A stretch of DNA of 64,000 bases from Roseibacillus sp. (GTDB lineage Bacteria > Verrucomicrobiota > Verrucomicrobiia > Verrucomicrobiales > Akkermansiaceae): positions 311,172-375,171 of the forward strand of contig CBDEUM010000030.1 of NCBI GenBank assembly GCA_965242925.1. Reading direction: 5' to 3'. Below, piece by piece: positions 42,301-52,092 of this stretch (position 1 is its first letter; each line of letters begins with the position of its first letter). Made by a program: the position numbers and the translations under genes. The notes under the pieces are model-generated. The model made no database searches. It had not been told where the DNA came from and saw only the letters and a list, made by a program, of their open reading frames with translations.

Positions 42301-44314
42301 TCTGCGGTCTCTGCGCCCCATTGATGAAAATATAGGTGTGAGTTGCTACCGGCATGAGGGCCGCACTGGCATGCACCGCAATGGCTCGAACCCGGCGCGT
42401 TCCCCGTGTGTTGCTGCCTGTCTCCGGCTGAATGGTGAGGGGGCTGGTGTAGATGCTCCCACTGGAAGCGGTCGGCTTTGATCCATTGGTGGTGTAGCGG
42501 ATCTGTGATCCCGGAATGGTCGGAGTGAGGGTCAACCGAAAGGAACCGCGGTAGTATCCGCGCTCCTGACTGAAGGTCACCTCGTTGAGAATCTGCTCAG
42601 CAATCTCGCTATTTGCTGCCCCGGGGGTGGGCGACTGGAAGAACCCGAGCGCAGTCGCGTTGGGATTGGGCCCGTAGGAGACATCCACGAACTGATCGCC
42701 GAAGTCGCTCTGGTCCGCAATGGTCACTCCGTCCGGTCTGACCAGGGCAAGATACTCTCCCCCACTGTCGAGCTGGAAGCTGGTGTGCAGGGGATCGCCA
42801 TTGCTTGGCCTGCGGTCCTTCCCGGAGGCGAAGATCACGAGATACTGGTTCGCCGCGATGGCGATGGCCGGAAATTGCCACTTGGTAAGATCGTTGGGAT
42901 CGTCTGTGAGATACCAGCCATTCATGCTGGCCGCACCGGTCTGTTCGTTGAAGATTTCAAACCAGTCGCTTTCATCGTTGTCTTCGTCGACATGACTCCC
43001 GCCATTGCTGGCCATGATCTCATTGATGCGTAACGAGGGCTCCGAGATATCGAGAACAAAACTCTGCTCCACACTCAGTCCAGAGAGGTCGGTGCTGCGA
43101 ACCCGGAAAGTCACCCAGGCTCCCCCACCCGGCAGGCGATCAGCCACTCGCACCCATTGCTGATCGATGCTGAAGAGATCGTTGTCGCCGTCTCCGGCAC
43201 CGGAGACCAGAGCGTAGGTGAAGGCATCGAGCGCATTCGGGTCAGTGGTGCTGAGCTGCCCCACGGGCGTGTCGATGATTGCCCCGGAACTGATCGAGTT
43301 AGCGCTGAAGGCGATGTCGAGGGGAGCCAATTCCTGCACCAGTCTCAGCACAAATTCCTGCTCCAGAAATCGCGCTGGATCCTCCGCATCCGTCGTTCGC
43401 ACCAGCACGTTGTAACTTGTCCCGGGACCGTCACCTGCGAAGTCGTGAAGCCCGGGAACGATGGCGTCGTCCAGGATCTCGAACTTGTCGTTGTCGGCCG
43501 CAGCTCCCTCGAGCGAATAGATGTGAGTCGCGTTGCGCTTGAGATCGGTGGTACTCAGGGATCCCACTGCGGCGGCCTGGGTATCGAAGAAGGTGTTACT
43601 CGAAAGGGTCAGGCTTTCTGGCGTGGGCGGAATCGTGATCTCCGCGATGGTAAAGGCCTGCAGAATGGGATTGTTGTCCGATCCCATCGCCCCCTGCCCT
43701 CCGATGTTCTGCTGCATCTCCACATTCAAGGTGGTGTCCCCGGCAGCCAGATTGAAGGGCACGATGTAGGCAAAGCCATTGCTGGGGCTCCACGAACCCT
43801 CCCCTTCCGAACTGAAGTCGTCGACTGCCAACTCCCCTTCGATCCCGATATCCCAGCGCCGATCCCGATTGGCCCCTTCATTGAAGAGCATCTGGAGCTC
43901 ATACTCGATGCCCGGGGTGAGGCCGGTCACCGTGACACTCACCGGATTAGGCGCCTGCGTCCAGCGGATGTCCCGCATGATCTCCTCCAGATTGGCCACG
44001 GAGCTTGCATCCGCTCCGGAGTAATCCGGGCGGCTTGTCCAGCCGTCGATGGAATGGCTTGCGGTGACCGTGACATTGGGCAGATCACTCTTGTCCGTTT
44101 CGAAGAGGACGCCGTTCACCAGGCGATCCGAGTCGCCGAAAACATCGATGGCCACCACTACTCGGCTGGGATCCAATTCCAGATCGTCGGGTCCGCTGAA
44201 TTCTCGAATCTCTCCGAGGTGGGCGATCGTATCAGCCCTGAGACCCCCAGGACCGATCAGGCAGAGCGAGAGGATAACATGGGCCAGGCTGGGTCTTCTT
44301 AGGATCGAGGACAT
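39323..44314 (-). CDS. Giant secreted LTD/CotH protein, paralog of 10695-16559 with a different N-terminal domain
   Basis: Signal peptide; INEIMASN..SDWFEI (LTD), IRYTTNGSKP, YLNGVYHGIYHIHERP, GNDWDW..HNW, FYSWDCD; ends RQFIRLQMAN. Confidence 0.88.
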   Translation of the reverse strand: MSSILRRPSLAHVILSLCLIGPGGLRADTIAHLGEIREFSGPDDLELDPSRVVVAIDVFGDSDRLVNGVLFETDKSDLPNVTVTASHSIDGWTSRPDYSGADASSVANLEEIMRDIRWTQAPNPVSVTVTGLTPGIEYELQMLFNEGANRDRRWDIGIEGELAVDDFSSEGEGSWSPSNGFAYIVPFNLAAGDTTLNVEMQQNIGGQGAMGSDNNPILQAFTIAEITIPPTPESLTLSSNTFFDTQAAAVGSLSTTDLKRNATHIYSLEGAAADNDKFEILDDAIVPGLHDFAGDGPGTSYNVLVRTTDAEDPARFLEQEFVLRLVQELAPLDIAFSANSISSGAIIDTPVGQLSTTDPNALDAFTYALVSGAGDGDNDLFSIDQQWVRVADRLPGGGAWVTFRVRSTDLSGLSVEQSFVLDISEPSLRINEIMASNGGSHVDEDNDESDWFEIFNEQTGAASMNGWYLTDDPNDLTKWQFPAIAIAANQYLVIFASGKDRRPSNGDPLHTSFQLDSGGEYLALVRPDGVTIADQSDFGDQFVDVSYGPNPNATALGFFQSPTPGAANSEIAEQILNEVTFSQERGYYRGSFRLTLTPTIPGSQIRYTTNGSKPTASSGSIYTSPLTIQPETGSNTRGTRRVRAIAVHASAALMPVATHTYIFINGAQRPQTDGVVGQSRFLSSIKDHPVYGPLMDDGLNALPAISIIKPSGIGGSEGETSIELISNDGSEPGFQIDCGIKLVGGASTGSPKNNFRCYFRSQYGVPKLRYPLFANHPYTQGASEIFDVLQLRSGSHDNFFWMAHPSNPGNTFRGDAQYVRNRWVSDMEMVMGHQSLHGRWAHCYLNGVYHGIYHIHERPMHHYMDKYYGGDPEDYHYTNSARNGSNHGGGDSWSATWSRVKSAASAGGQRSRDWINWAHLADNQLLYYYCGNDWDWTSAHNWMAAGPKNPGVGGWRFYSWDCDVMLYDVNENNLGRNAPDGIFNALMNHDDFRVFFRDRIYKHCFHGGVLTPNGPRPYHDYRMNELFEAIIPETARWQPSSATRLPWDRDGEWTTEWDYMRDVFWPQRTAVLLDQFRARGWYPVDAPEFTPHGGSVNVGFSPIINSPAGTIYVTADGSDPRLPGGAVNPVAQAYNGSSTTTTAIARSTDWKYLDDGSDQGTAWRMPAFRDAGWAEEPAELGYGDSDEQTVVSFGPDSGDKHMTTYFRRKFTVADATEVSAIFMELKRDDGAVVYLNGTEVWRSNMPGGAINSETPALEGQRSPGEHDWYTKNDVPVALLVNGENTLAVEVHQILGSSSDLTFDFSLGLTLPTNPSQLTVNETTVLNARVLQGGQWSPLNAVAYTIGEPADDTNLAVTEFSYRPSTPSVTEDPGDIYSRVDFEFVELRNISNAPIHLNEVRFTDGIAFDFHLNPLIGLDPGENVLLVEHRDAFRARYPGVSPSVIAGEYNGNLSNDGERIEILGANDAVIRSFTYNDKAPWPEAGDGDGYSLELIDPLTNPDHDVAANWRASRGIHGTPDGVWTALTFLGWRALNFTAAELADPFISGPDADLDQDGRSNFFEFALGTAPDDYLNRNMLPEGGIVEDGGAFYLSLTYTEWSGASGVTYTVQRSDDLVNWMAGPGFMLEVGAPIDNGDGTRTRTFRSTTPLDNQPRQFIRLQMAN

Positions 44315-44447
44315 GTCAGTGGGGGTGACTCTCCGGGGATGCCGTTGATAATGAAACAACAGGGCACTCAAAGAGATTCCTTGAAATCCTCTTCAGGTAA
44401 AGGGGTTTCTCCGGTTCCGGCCTCCCTCCGGGCATGGCGGCCTCCTG

Positions 44448-46947
44448 CTATTCTTCGGTCACCGTCAGGAGGGCATTCACGGTGGCGTCCTCGATCACCT
44501 GCTTTCTGCCGGAGGGCCATTGCACCGTCACCCGTTCGACCGAACCGGCTTCGCCCAGTCCGAAGTAGAGGGGAATCACGCTATGGGAAAGGTAGCCGGA
44601 AACTCCGTCGTGGACCTGGGTGTAGGAGTTGCCGCCGGCCTCCACCGTCACCACCGCTCCCAGTCCGTCCCTGTTTGATCCTCCCGCCGCGGCCGTGCCG
44701 GTCAGGCGCACTTGCAACCACTTGATGGCTTTCTTCTCCGCCAGGTTGCTGCGCAGGACCATGGGGCCGTCGTGAAACTCGTTGGTCACGATGTCGAGGT
44801 CGCCATCCTGGTCGAGATCGAAGATCGCCGACGCCCGCGTCCCCAGGGAACCCCACACTTCGACCGGCTCGGTAAGATTGTGGGTGCTCACCAGGGCGTG
44901 ATCCCTGTCCTCCCCTGTGGGATCGAGCACAAACCACGGCTTGGCGGTGCGCCCGCTGCGACGCGGCTCCACCCCCAGGATGAATTCGCTATCCTCAAAT
45001 CGCACCCCGCCGTCGTTCAGGAGGAGACTGTTCACGCCATAGCGGAATGGGAAGTTCATGCTGGAGGCGATGAAGACATCCATGAAGCCGTCCGCGTTCA
45101 GATCTCCCGCGCTCAATCCCCACGGCCAGTAGTTCTCCGCCCCGATCTTGTCGGAAACCTCTTCGAATTTCCCCCCTCCCGTGCCCCGGAAGAACGTGTT
45201 GCCGTAGATACTCATGCCACCACTGCGCAACATCTTTTCGTCCCAGAGCATTTCGCTTTTCAGTTTTTCGCGGTTGGGACCGACTTTCTGGCTCATGTCG
45301 GAGTGCATGTCGGTGATGTAGACATCCTGGTGACCGTCGTTGTCGAAGTCGAAGATCTGGATCCCCATCGCACCCCACGAGGTCTTTGGGAAAACCTCGC
45401 GGCTCTTCATGACGAACTTCTCCCCGCCCACGTTCTCATAGAGCTGATCGTGGCCCTGCATGGAGAGCACATAGAGATCGGGCCAGCCATCCTCGTTGTA
45501 GTCGAAGGGAGCGGCATTGCCGGTCCAACTCTCATCGAGCAGTCCCATCTTCTCGGAGACGTCCACGAATGTGTTCCCGCCTTCATTGTGGTAGAGAACG
45601 CTGCGCTCACCCCGCCCTTCCCTGGTGTGTCCCTCGAAGGCGTCGCTCAGACCGACGCAGTAGCCGCCTTTCCCCCGCTCATCGGTGGTGTAGACCCCGA
45701 CGTTGCAAAGGAAGAGATCGAGTAATCCGTCCTTGTCGTAGTCGAAGAACACGCCACCGGAGGAGTGCCCCACGTAACCCAGGCCCGCCGCCTCGGTCCT
45801 GTCCCTGAAACTCCCCGTCCCGTCATTCTCGAAGAAGTAATTTCCCCCCCGCACGGTGGTGGCGAAAAGGTCCGGGTCGCCATCGTTGTCACTGTCCGCG
45901 AAGGAAGCGGTCACTCCAATCCTGTCCGCCAGCGCGATAGCAGGCGTGGTGATGTTGCGAAACTTTCCCCCGCCCAGATTGCGCCACAGCTCGTTCGATC
46001 CAATCTGGGTGGTGAAGTAGATGTCGAGCAATCCGTCGCCATCCACATCGGCCACCGCGATCCCGTTTCCGTGATCGTAGTGCACCGCCTTGTGGTACTT
46101 GCCGGCGTCGTCCACAATCCGGTTCAGGAAAGTAATCCCGCTCGACTCCACCTCGTCACTGAACTTGAAGTCGTGAAAAGCGCCGATGCGCCCCGCCCCC
46201 GCCACTTGCAACTCCTGCCGGCTTTGCATCCAGGGCGGCGAAACGATCTCCTCAGGGAAAGGAAACTTCTTGTAGCTTATTTCCGGCTTCCCCACTCCCG
46301 CCGGGACGGGCTCGGCCAGGATTTTCTCCAGATCGGAAGTGAGCTTGGTCAATCCCTCCTGCTTCAATCCGTCATACGATCCCCGCAGCCGCCCGGCGCG
46401 ATCGACCAGGGCAAATTTCGAACTGTGCAGGATGGGCATCTCGCTGTTCCTGGCATCCTCGGCCACTTCAAATTGAAAACCATTCGCACTGAGGTTCCAG
46501 AGATCCCCCCGCGATCCTGTTAGAAACTTCCACTGGCTCGTGTCCGCCCCGTGCACCACCGCGTATTCCGCGAGGACAGAGGCCGTGTCGTAGTCGGGAT
46601 CCACCGTGAACGTCACCAGGCGGATGTCCTTCCACAGATCATGCTTCTTCAACTGCTCCTGCAACCTGCTCTTCTCCCCAGTCTGCAGTGGGCAAGTTCC
46701 CGCACAGCGGGTGAAAATGAAATCGGCAATCCATACCTTGCCCTGAAGATCAGCAGAGCCAAATGATACACCACTCTGATCGGTGAGCACAAATTCCGGC
46801 AAGGCGGCCACCACTCCCACCGCTTCATCCTCTTTTGCTGGGTTATTCACACCCTTCTTCTCCCCGCAACCTGCAAAAAGGCACTAAAAAACAGGCACCA
46901 GACAATTGCACCGCTTTGCTGAGCCTGACGAGAGGAGCCCCTTTCAT
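44448..46947 (-). CDS. Lipoprotein: SCO/SenC domain fused to FG-GAP repeats + ASPIC/UnbV; +1 frameshift in the signal peptide near 46880
   Basis: GKVWIADFIFTRCAGTCP (CxxxC), FTVDPDYDT, ILHSSKFALVD; D.DGDG.LD repeats; SNRDGLGAVV..SGYLSHS..LYFGLG..WPSG; ATG at 46947 gives lipobox VLFAGC if one base is removed. Confidence 0.85.
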
Positions 46948-47098
46948 AGGGGCACTCTAACAGACATCTCCTCGCATAGTCCATTCATTCGCAATAAGAT
47001 AACCGATTGGCCTTGTGCCATAAAACTAGTCTTTCTTCTTGTCCCTCACTCATTTGTCTCCTCAAATGGCTTTTGTCCATAAACTCACTGTCAGCACT

Positions 47099-47876
47099 AT
47101 GAAGAAACTATGTTCTGCCGTCGCCTTGGCGACCGTCCTCGGTCTCGGCACCAGCTCGGCCTTCACCGTCATCACAGGATCCGTCAATGAATTTGGCAGT
47201 GCTGACGACCTGAATCTTGACTCCAGCCTCTCCGTCATTGCGGTCGATCTTTTTGGAAATGGCGACTCCACCGTGAACGGAGTGAACTTCCTCACCGACC
47301 GCGCTGGACTCGGGGCCGGCGTGGGCGCCGAAGGGGTCGTAACCAATGATGGCGTCACCCTTACCACCAACCTTTTCAACCAGATTGACAACTGGACAGG
47401 CGCTCCCCTTTTTACCGGCACGGATGCCGGAGCCCTTGCGGGAATCATGCAGGACATTCGCTGGGCCAATGGGGGTGCTGGCCAGACCATCAGTATCGGC
47501 GTAGACGGCTTGACCCCAAATACGCCCTACAATGTTCTCCTGCTCTTCAACGAGGGCGCTAACCGCGATCGCCACTTTGACATCGGCGTAAATGGCTTAC
47601 TGGCGGTAGATGACATGACCTCCGAAGGCAACGGTGTCTGGACCAATAGCAACAGCTTCTTCCTACAACGGGACCTTCAGTTCGACTAATGCTGGCGGAC
47701 TTGACATTGTCCTGGGTCGAGAGCCTTTGCCTGGTGATCCAAACAACACTGCCTTCACCGGCGCGGATAACAACGCCATCCTGCAGGGGGTCGTCATCAG
47801 CCGCATCCCCGAGCCAAGCTCCAGCGCGCTCCTCGGTCTTGGGCTCATCGGTCTGCTCGCCCGTCGAAGGCGCTAG
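47099..47876 (+). pseudogene. PEP-CTERM protein split by a +1 frameshift at ~47660 (pseudogene or assembly error)
   Basis: Removing one T in agcttcTtcctac gives NSFSYNGTFSS...DNNAILQGVVISRIPEPSSSALLGLGLIGLLARRRR, collinear with the N-terminal domain of 52093-55074. Confidence 0.88.
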
Positions 47877-47899
47877 GAGCACTTCGAAATGATTTCTGC

Positions 47900-47933
47900 A
47901 GAAAGCCGCGATTCCTCGCGGCTTTCTTATTTT
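47900..47933 (+). terminator. Rho-independent terminator
   Basis: agaaagccgcga-ttcc-tcgcggctttct followed by tatttt. Confidence 0.8.
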
Positions 47934-48012
47934 GCCCCCGGGGGGTAGCGGAAGGGCTTCCCCTTGGGTGGGCATTGCGCAAGAATCCCGGCTCGCACAT
48001 TCTGAGTCCACG

Positions 48013-51000
48013 ATGCGTGCCGTCGATTACTTCCTCATTCTCTTCCTGCTCGCCGCTGCGGTGAGTTGCGATTCGGAGGACCGGGCGCAGGCCACCAACG
48101 GATCCTCCGCGGAGAGCGAAAAACCGAAGCCCGATCCGAAGCCCACTGCGGCCCTGCCCACCCGGGACGCAGAGATTCCCTTCGCCCCCATCGGACTGGT
48201 CGATCAGGCCCTCCACCAGGAACCCTCCAGGGATGCCTGGCAGGGGGAGGTCTTTAATGACCTGGCCTCGGCCCAGCTCAAGGCCCTGGGAAAAATCCTG
48301 GTCCACCCCGCGAAGCTCTCCCTGGAAAATCTGCAAAAGCTGATTCACAGGGATTTTCGTCCTTCCGAACTTCAGCCAGGGGGGTTGGTGGTGGTCCACC
48401 AGGACGCCGCCTTTGTGGTGAAACGCCCCGCCGCGGACCAGCGTCCCCGTGCCCGACCCTTCCTTGAAGGGGTCCGCCAACTGGTCACCCCTTTTGCAGA
48501 AGCCCGCGAGCTACGCACCGAGTTCAAGATCTACTCGGTTACTCTCGATGCAGGAGAACCGGTGAGCAACTCCTGGTTTCAGATCAGTGGTCGAACGCCC
48601 GGAGGCACCCTGACCATGCGCGCCAAGTGGCGTTGCCACTGGTACTGGCCGTCGCCGGATGAGCCTCCCACCCTGAAAGCGATCACAATCTCGGAATTCG
48701 AGCAGACCGAAAGCCTGGGCGGACCGCTCCTTAGCGACGTAACCAAGACGGTCTTCCGGGGCCTTCCCGAATTTCCGAAGCAATTCAATCACGGGATGGA
48801 CTACTGGACCTCCCGGCTTGAATCCCGTTATGGAATCGGTCTCTCCGGCTGGCATGGGCTGGCAGTGGGCGACGTGAATGGGGACGGCCTGGACGATCTC
48901 TATGTTTGCGAACCGGGGGGGCTTCCCAATCGCCTCTACATCTCGAGACCGGATGGCACCGTCATCGACGCCTCCGCCCTCTCGGGCACCGACTTCCGCC
49001 TCCAGACCCAGTGCGCTCTTTTCCTCGACCTCGACAACGATGGTGACCAGGACCTTACCCTCGCCACCACTCTGGGCGTGATCTTCATGGAGAACGACGG
49101 CGGAGGGGGGTTTGTGGTGAAGGGGAGCAAGCTCATACCGGAAGCAGCCCCCCTGGGATTGGCCGCGGCCGACTTCGATCTTGATGGCGATCTCGATCTC
49201 TATGTCGGGTGCTATTCCCTCCGGCGGTCCAACTTGGAAGAGGGACAGATCCTGGGGCGTCCCATCCCCTATCACGATGCCAACAATGGCGGGCGCAACG
49301 TCCTCTTCCGCAACGATCGCAGCTGGCGATTCACCGACGCCACTCGTGAACTCGGACTCGACCAGAACAACCGCCGCTTCACCCTGGCTGCCTCCTGGGA
49401 TGACTACGATGACGATGGCGACCCGGATCTCTACGTCACCAATGACTACGGCCGAAACAACCTCTACCGCAATGACCGCGACGGGAATGGAGATTTGAAA
49501 TTCGTCGATGTGGCCAAAAAGGCCGGAGTGGAAGACATCTCGGCTGGCATGTCCGTGACCTGGGGCGATGCCGACGGCGATGGCGACCGCGATCTCTACG
49601 TGAGCAACATGTGGTCCAGCGCCGGCAATCGCGTGGCCTACCAGCGCAATTTCCAGACGGAGGCCGGGGAGACTGCCCGCGAGGAGTTTCAGCGTCACGC
49701 CCGCGGCAATTCGCTTTTCCTCAACAAGGGCGACGGAACTTTCACCGATGCCAGTCTCACGGCGGGGGTGGCGATGGGCCGCTGGGCCTGGGGCTCCCTC
49801 TTCGCCGACCTGAACAACGACGGGCGCAACGACCTCCTGGTGGCCAACGGGTTCATCACCCAGCCTGACGACACAGGCGACTTGTGAAGTTTCTACTGGC
49901 GTCAGGTCGTGGCGCAGTCTCCCCTCGATGCTGTTTCACCCATCGATATTTCGGGCTATCTCCAGAACTGGGATGCCCTCTCCGCCATGATCGGCCGGGG
50001 GCGTTCCTTCAGCGGCTTCGAACGCCACTGCTGTTTCCTGAATACAGGTCCGTCCTCTGGCAACGAATTGGGCCGCTTCGCCGATATCTCGGCCGCCAGT
50101 GGATTCGATCTCATCGATGACGGCCGTGCCCTCGCCCGGGTCGACTGGGACCGCGATGGCGACCTCGATTTCTGGCTCACCAACCGGGGTGCTCCCCGGC
50201 TGCGGCTCCTCAAGAACAACCTCACCAGATCCGCAAACTCCTCCTGGCTCACGATCAGCCTGCAGGGAAGCACCTGCAATCGAGATGCCATCGGCGCGGT
50301 GCTCGAGTTCACTATTGCTGGCCGCAAGCAGACCCGCGTCCTGCGAGCCGGGGAGGGATTTCAAAGCCAGTCTTCAAAGCGGATCCATTTCGGGCTGGGT
50401 GCCCTTCCCCGGGGGGAGAAGGGTCAGCTCACCGTCCACTGGCCCGGGAGCGGAATCGAAACCATCCAGGGCCTCCTCCCGGGCAATCACTATCACCTGA
50501 AACAGGGATCGCCCCCGAGGCCGGACGCCTCTTCCCCGCCGGATCTCGTTGCAGGATCATTCCCCGCCTCCGCGCCAACAGAGCAAGCTCGCGTCGTTCT
50601 CACCCAGCGGGTTCCCACTCCAGTTCTCGGATACGTCGACTTCTCCGGTGCGCTGCAGAAATACGATCCCAGCGACACCGGTGGAAGGCCCACCCTGATC
50701 AATCTCTGGGCCAGTTGGTGCACGCCCTGTGTCGCCGAACTGGAAGACTTTTCCGATCACCATGCTTCTCTCAAGGCGAAGAATCTGCGGACGCTCGCGC
50801 TCACCATCGAGGCCGTCAGCGATGACGGAAGCAAACCCGATCTCGGCGATGCCAAGAAGCTGGTCAGGAAGTCGAAGTTTCCTTTCCAGGTTGGAGTGAC
50901 AGACGCCAACGGCCTTCGTCTCCTCACCGTCCTCCACAGCAAGATTTTTTCACGGGAGCGTCCGCTCCCCCTTCCCACCAGCTTCCTCGTCGACAAGCAC

Positions 51001-51969
51001 GGACAACTCGCCGTCATCTACCGCGGGCCGGTCAAACTGGAGCAGCTTCTCTCCGACCTCGACCTGCTCGAAGCAGCCCCCGTGGTCGTTTTCAAAGCTG
51101 CCTTTCCGTTTCCCTCCAGCGACGGCCTCGATCTCTTCCCGCTGGGCGAACTTGATTTTGCCAGGGCCTATCAGGACGGAGGCGACCTTGAAGGCGCCCG
51201 CCGGCATGCCCACCGGGCCATCGCGGCCGAACCAACGAATAATCCCGTCCTGGACGACGCCAACCGTGCCCGCGCCTGGTACTTCCTCGGCAGCCTGGAG
51301 CAGAGTACCCGCCAGTGGGTCGCTGCCGCCGAAGCCTTTGGCAAGTCGGTGGAGCACGCCCCCACCCAACCCCTCCTCAAGGTCGCTCACGGCGCCGTCC
51401 TCTGGCAAAGCGGAGCAAGAGAAGCGGCCCGGAAGGCCTTCGCTGAGGCCGCCCGGGCCAAAGCCAATGACATCAATCTCCTCAATGCCCTGGGTAAGGC
51501 ACACCTTCAGATCGAACAGCCTGGAGAGGCCGTAATTTACCTGCAGCAGGCTCAGGCCCTCGCTCCGGAAAACCTCACTATCGCGCTCACCCTGGCCCTC
51601 GCGCACGAAAAAGCCGGGAACCCCTCCGCCGCCGTGGCCGAGTACCGCCGCCGCCTGCAATCCCATCCCGATTCGGCCAACATCAAGAACAACTTGGCTT
51701 ACCTCCTCGCCACTTGCTCCGACCCTGCCGTGCGCGATCCCGAGGAAGCCCTCGCCCTCGCCACCCAGGCCAATGCCGCAGCCAATTCGAGCAACCCCGG
51801 ACTCCTGGACACTCTGGCCACCGCCCAGGCTGAAACGGGAGCACTCTCGGAGGCGCTCACTTCCCTCCAGCGGGCGATCAAGCTCGCCCAGGAAACGGGG
51901 AAGACCAGATTAGCTCAGGAGCTTCGCAAAAAGCGTGGCGATTATGCCGCCCGACAGAATGCCCCGTGA
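48013..51969 (+). CDS. Candidate selenoprotein lipoprotein: FG-GAP repeats + ASPIC/UnbV + TlpA-like redoxin + TPR, with in-frame TGA at 49885-49887
   Basis: Lipobox AVSC; the two predicted ORFs share a frame (..TGDL-TGA-SFYWRQVVAQSP..); FG-GAP repeats continue after the TGA (VDWDRDGDLDF); NLWASWCTPC; TPR helices at the C-terminus. Confidence 0.78.
49885..49918 (+). promoter_or_regulatory. UGA codon plus putative bacterial SECIS hairpin
   Basis: ACUG(G)CGUCA-GGUCG-UGGCGCAGU stem-loop at 49895-49918; loop begins GGUC at nt 21-24 counted from the U of UGA. Confidence 0.65.
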
Positions 51970-52092
51970 CCATTCACTCCCCGGAGATGATCGAAATCCT
52001 AAGACATCCAAATCATCCGGAGAACTTACTGGGAATTCCCTTTACGCCGATCGATGAAATTTCGTCGTATTGGGGGAACCACAAAGAATCCC

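Noticed and set aside
46947..47099. Sigma-54 promoter for the PEP-CTERM or SCO genes
   Set aside because: A TGGCAC exists on the minus strand but lacks a correctly spaced TTGC.
49885..49887. Genome-wide TGA reassignment (Trp or Gly code) as the cause of the in-frame TGA
   Set aside because: TGA ends genes at their expected family C-termini here (1453, 3897, 20690, 22126), and long ORFs contain no other internal TGA.
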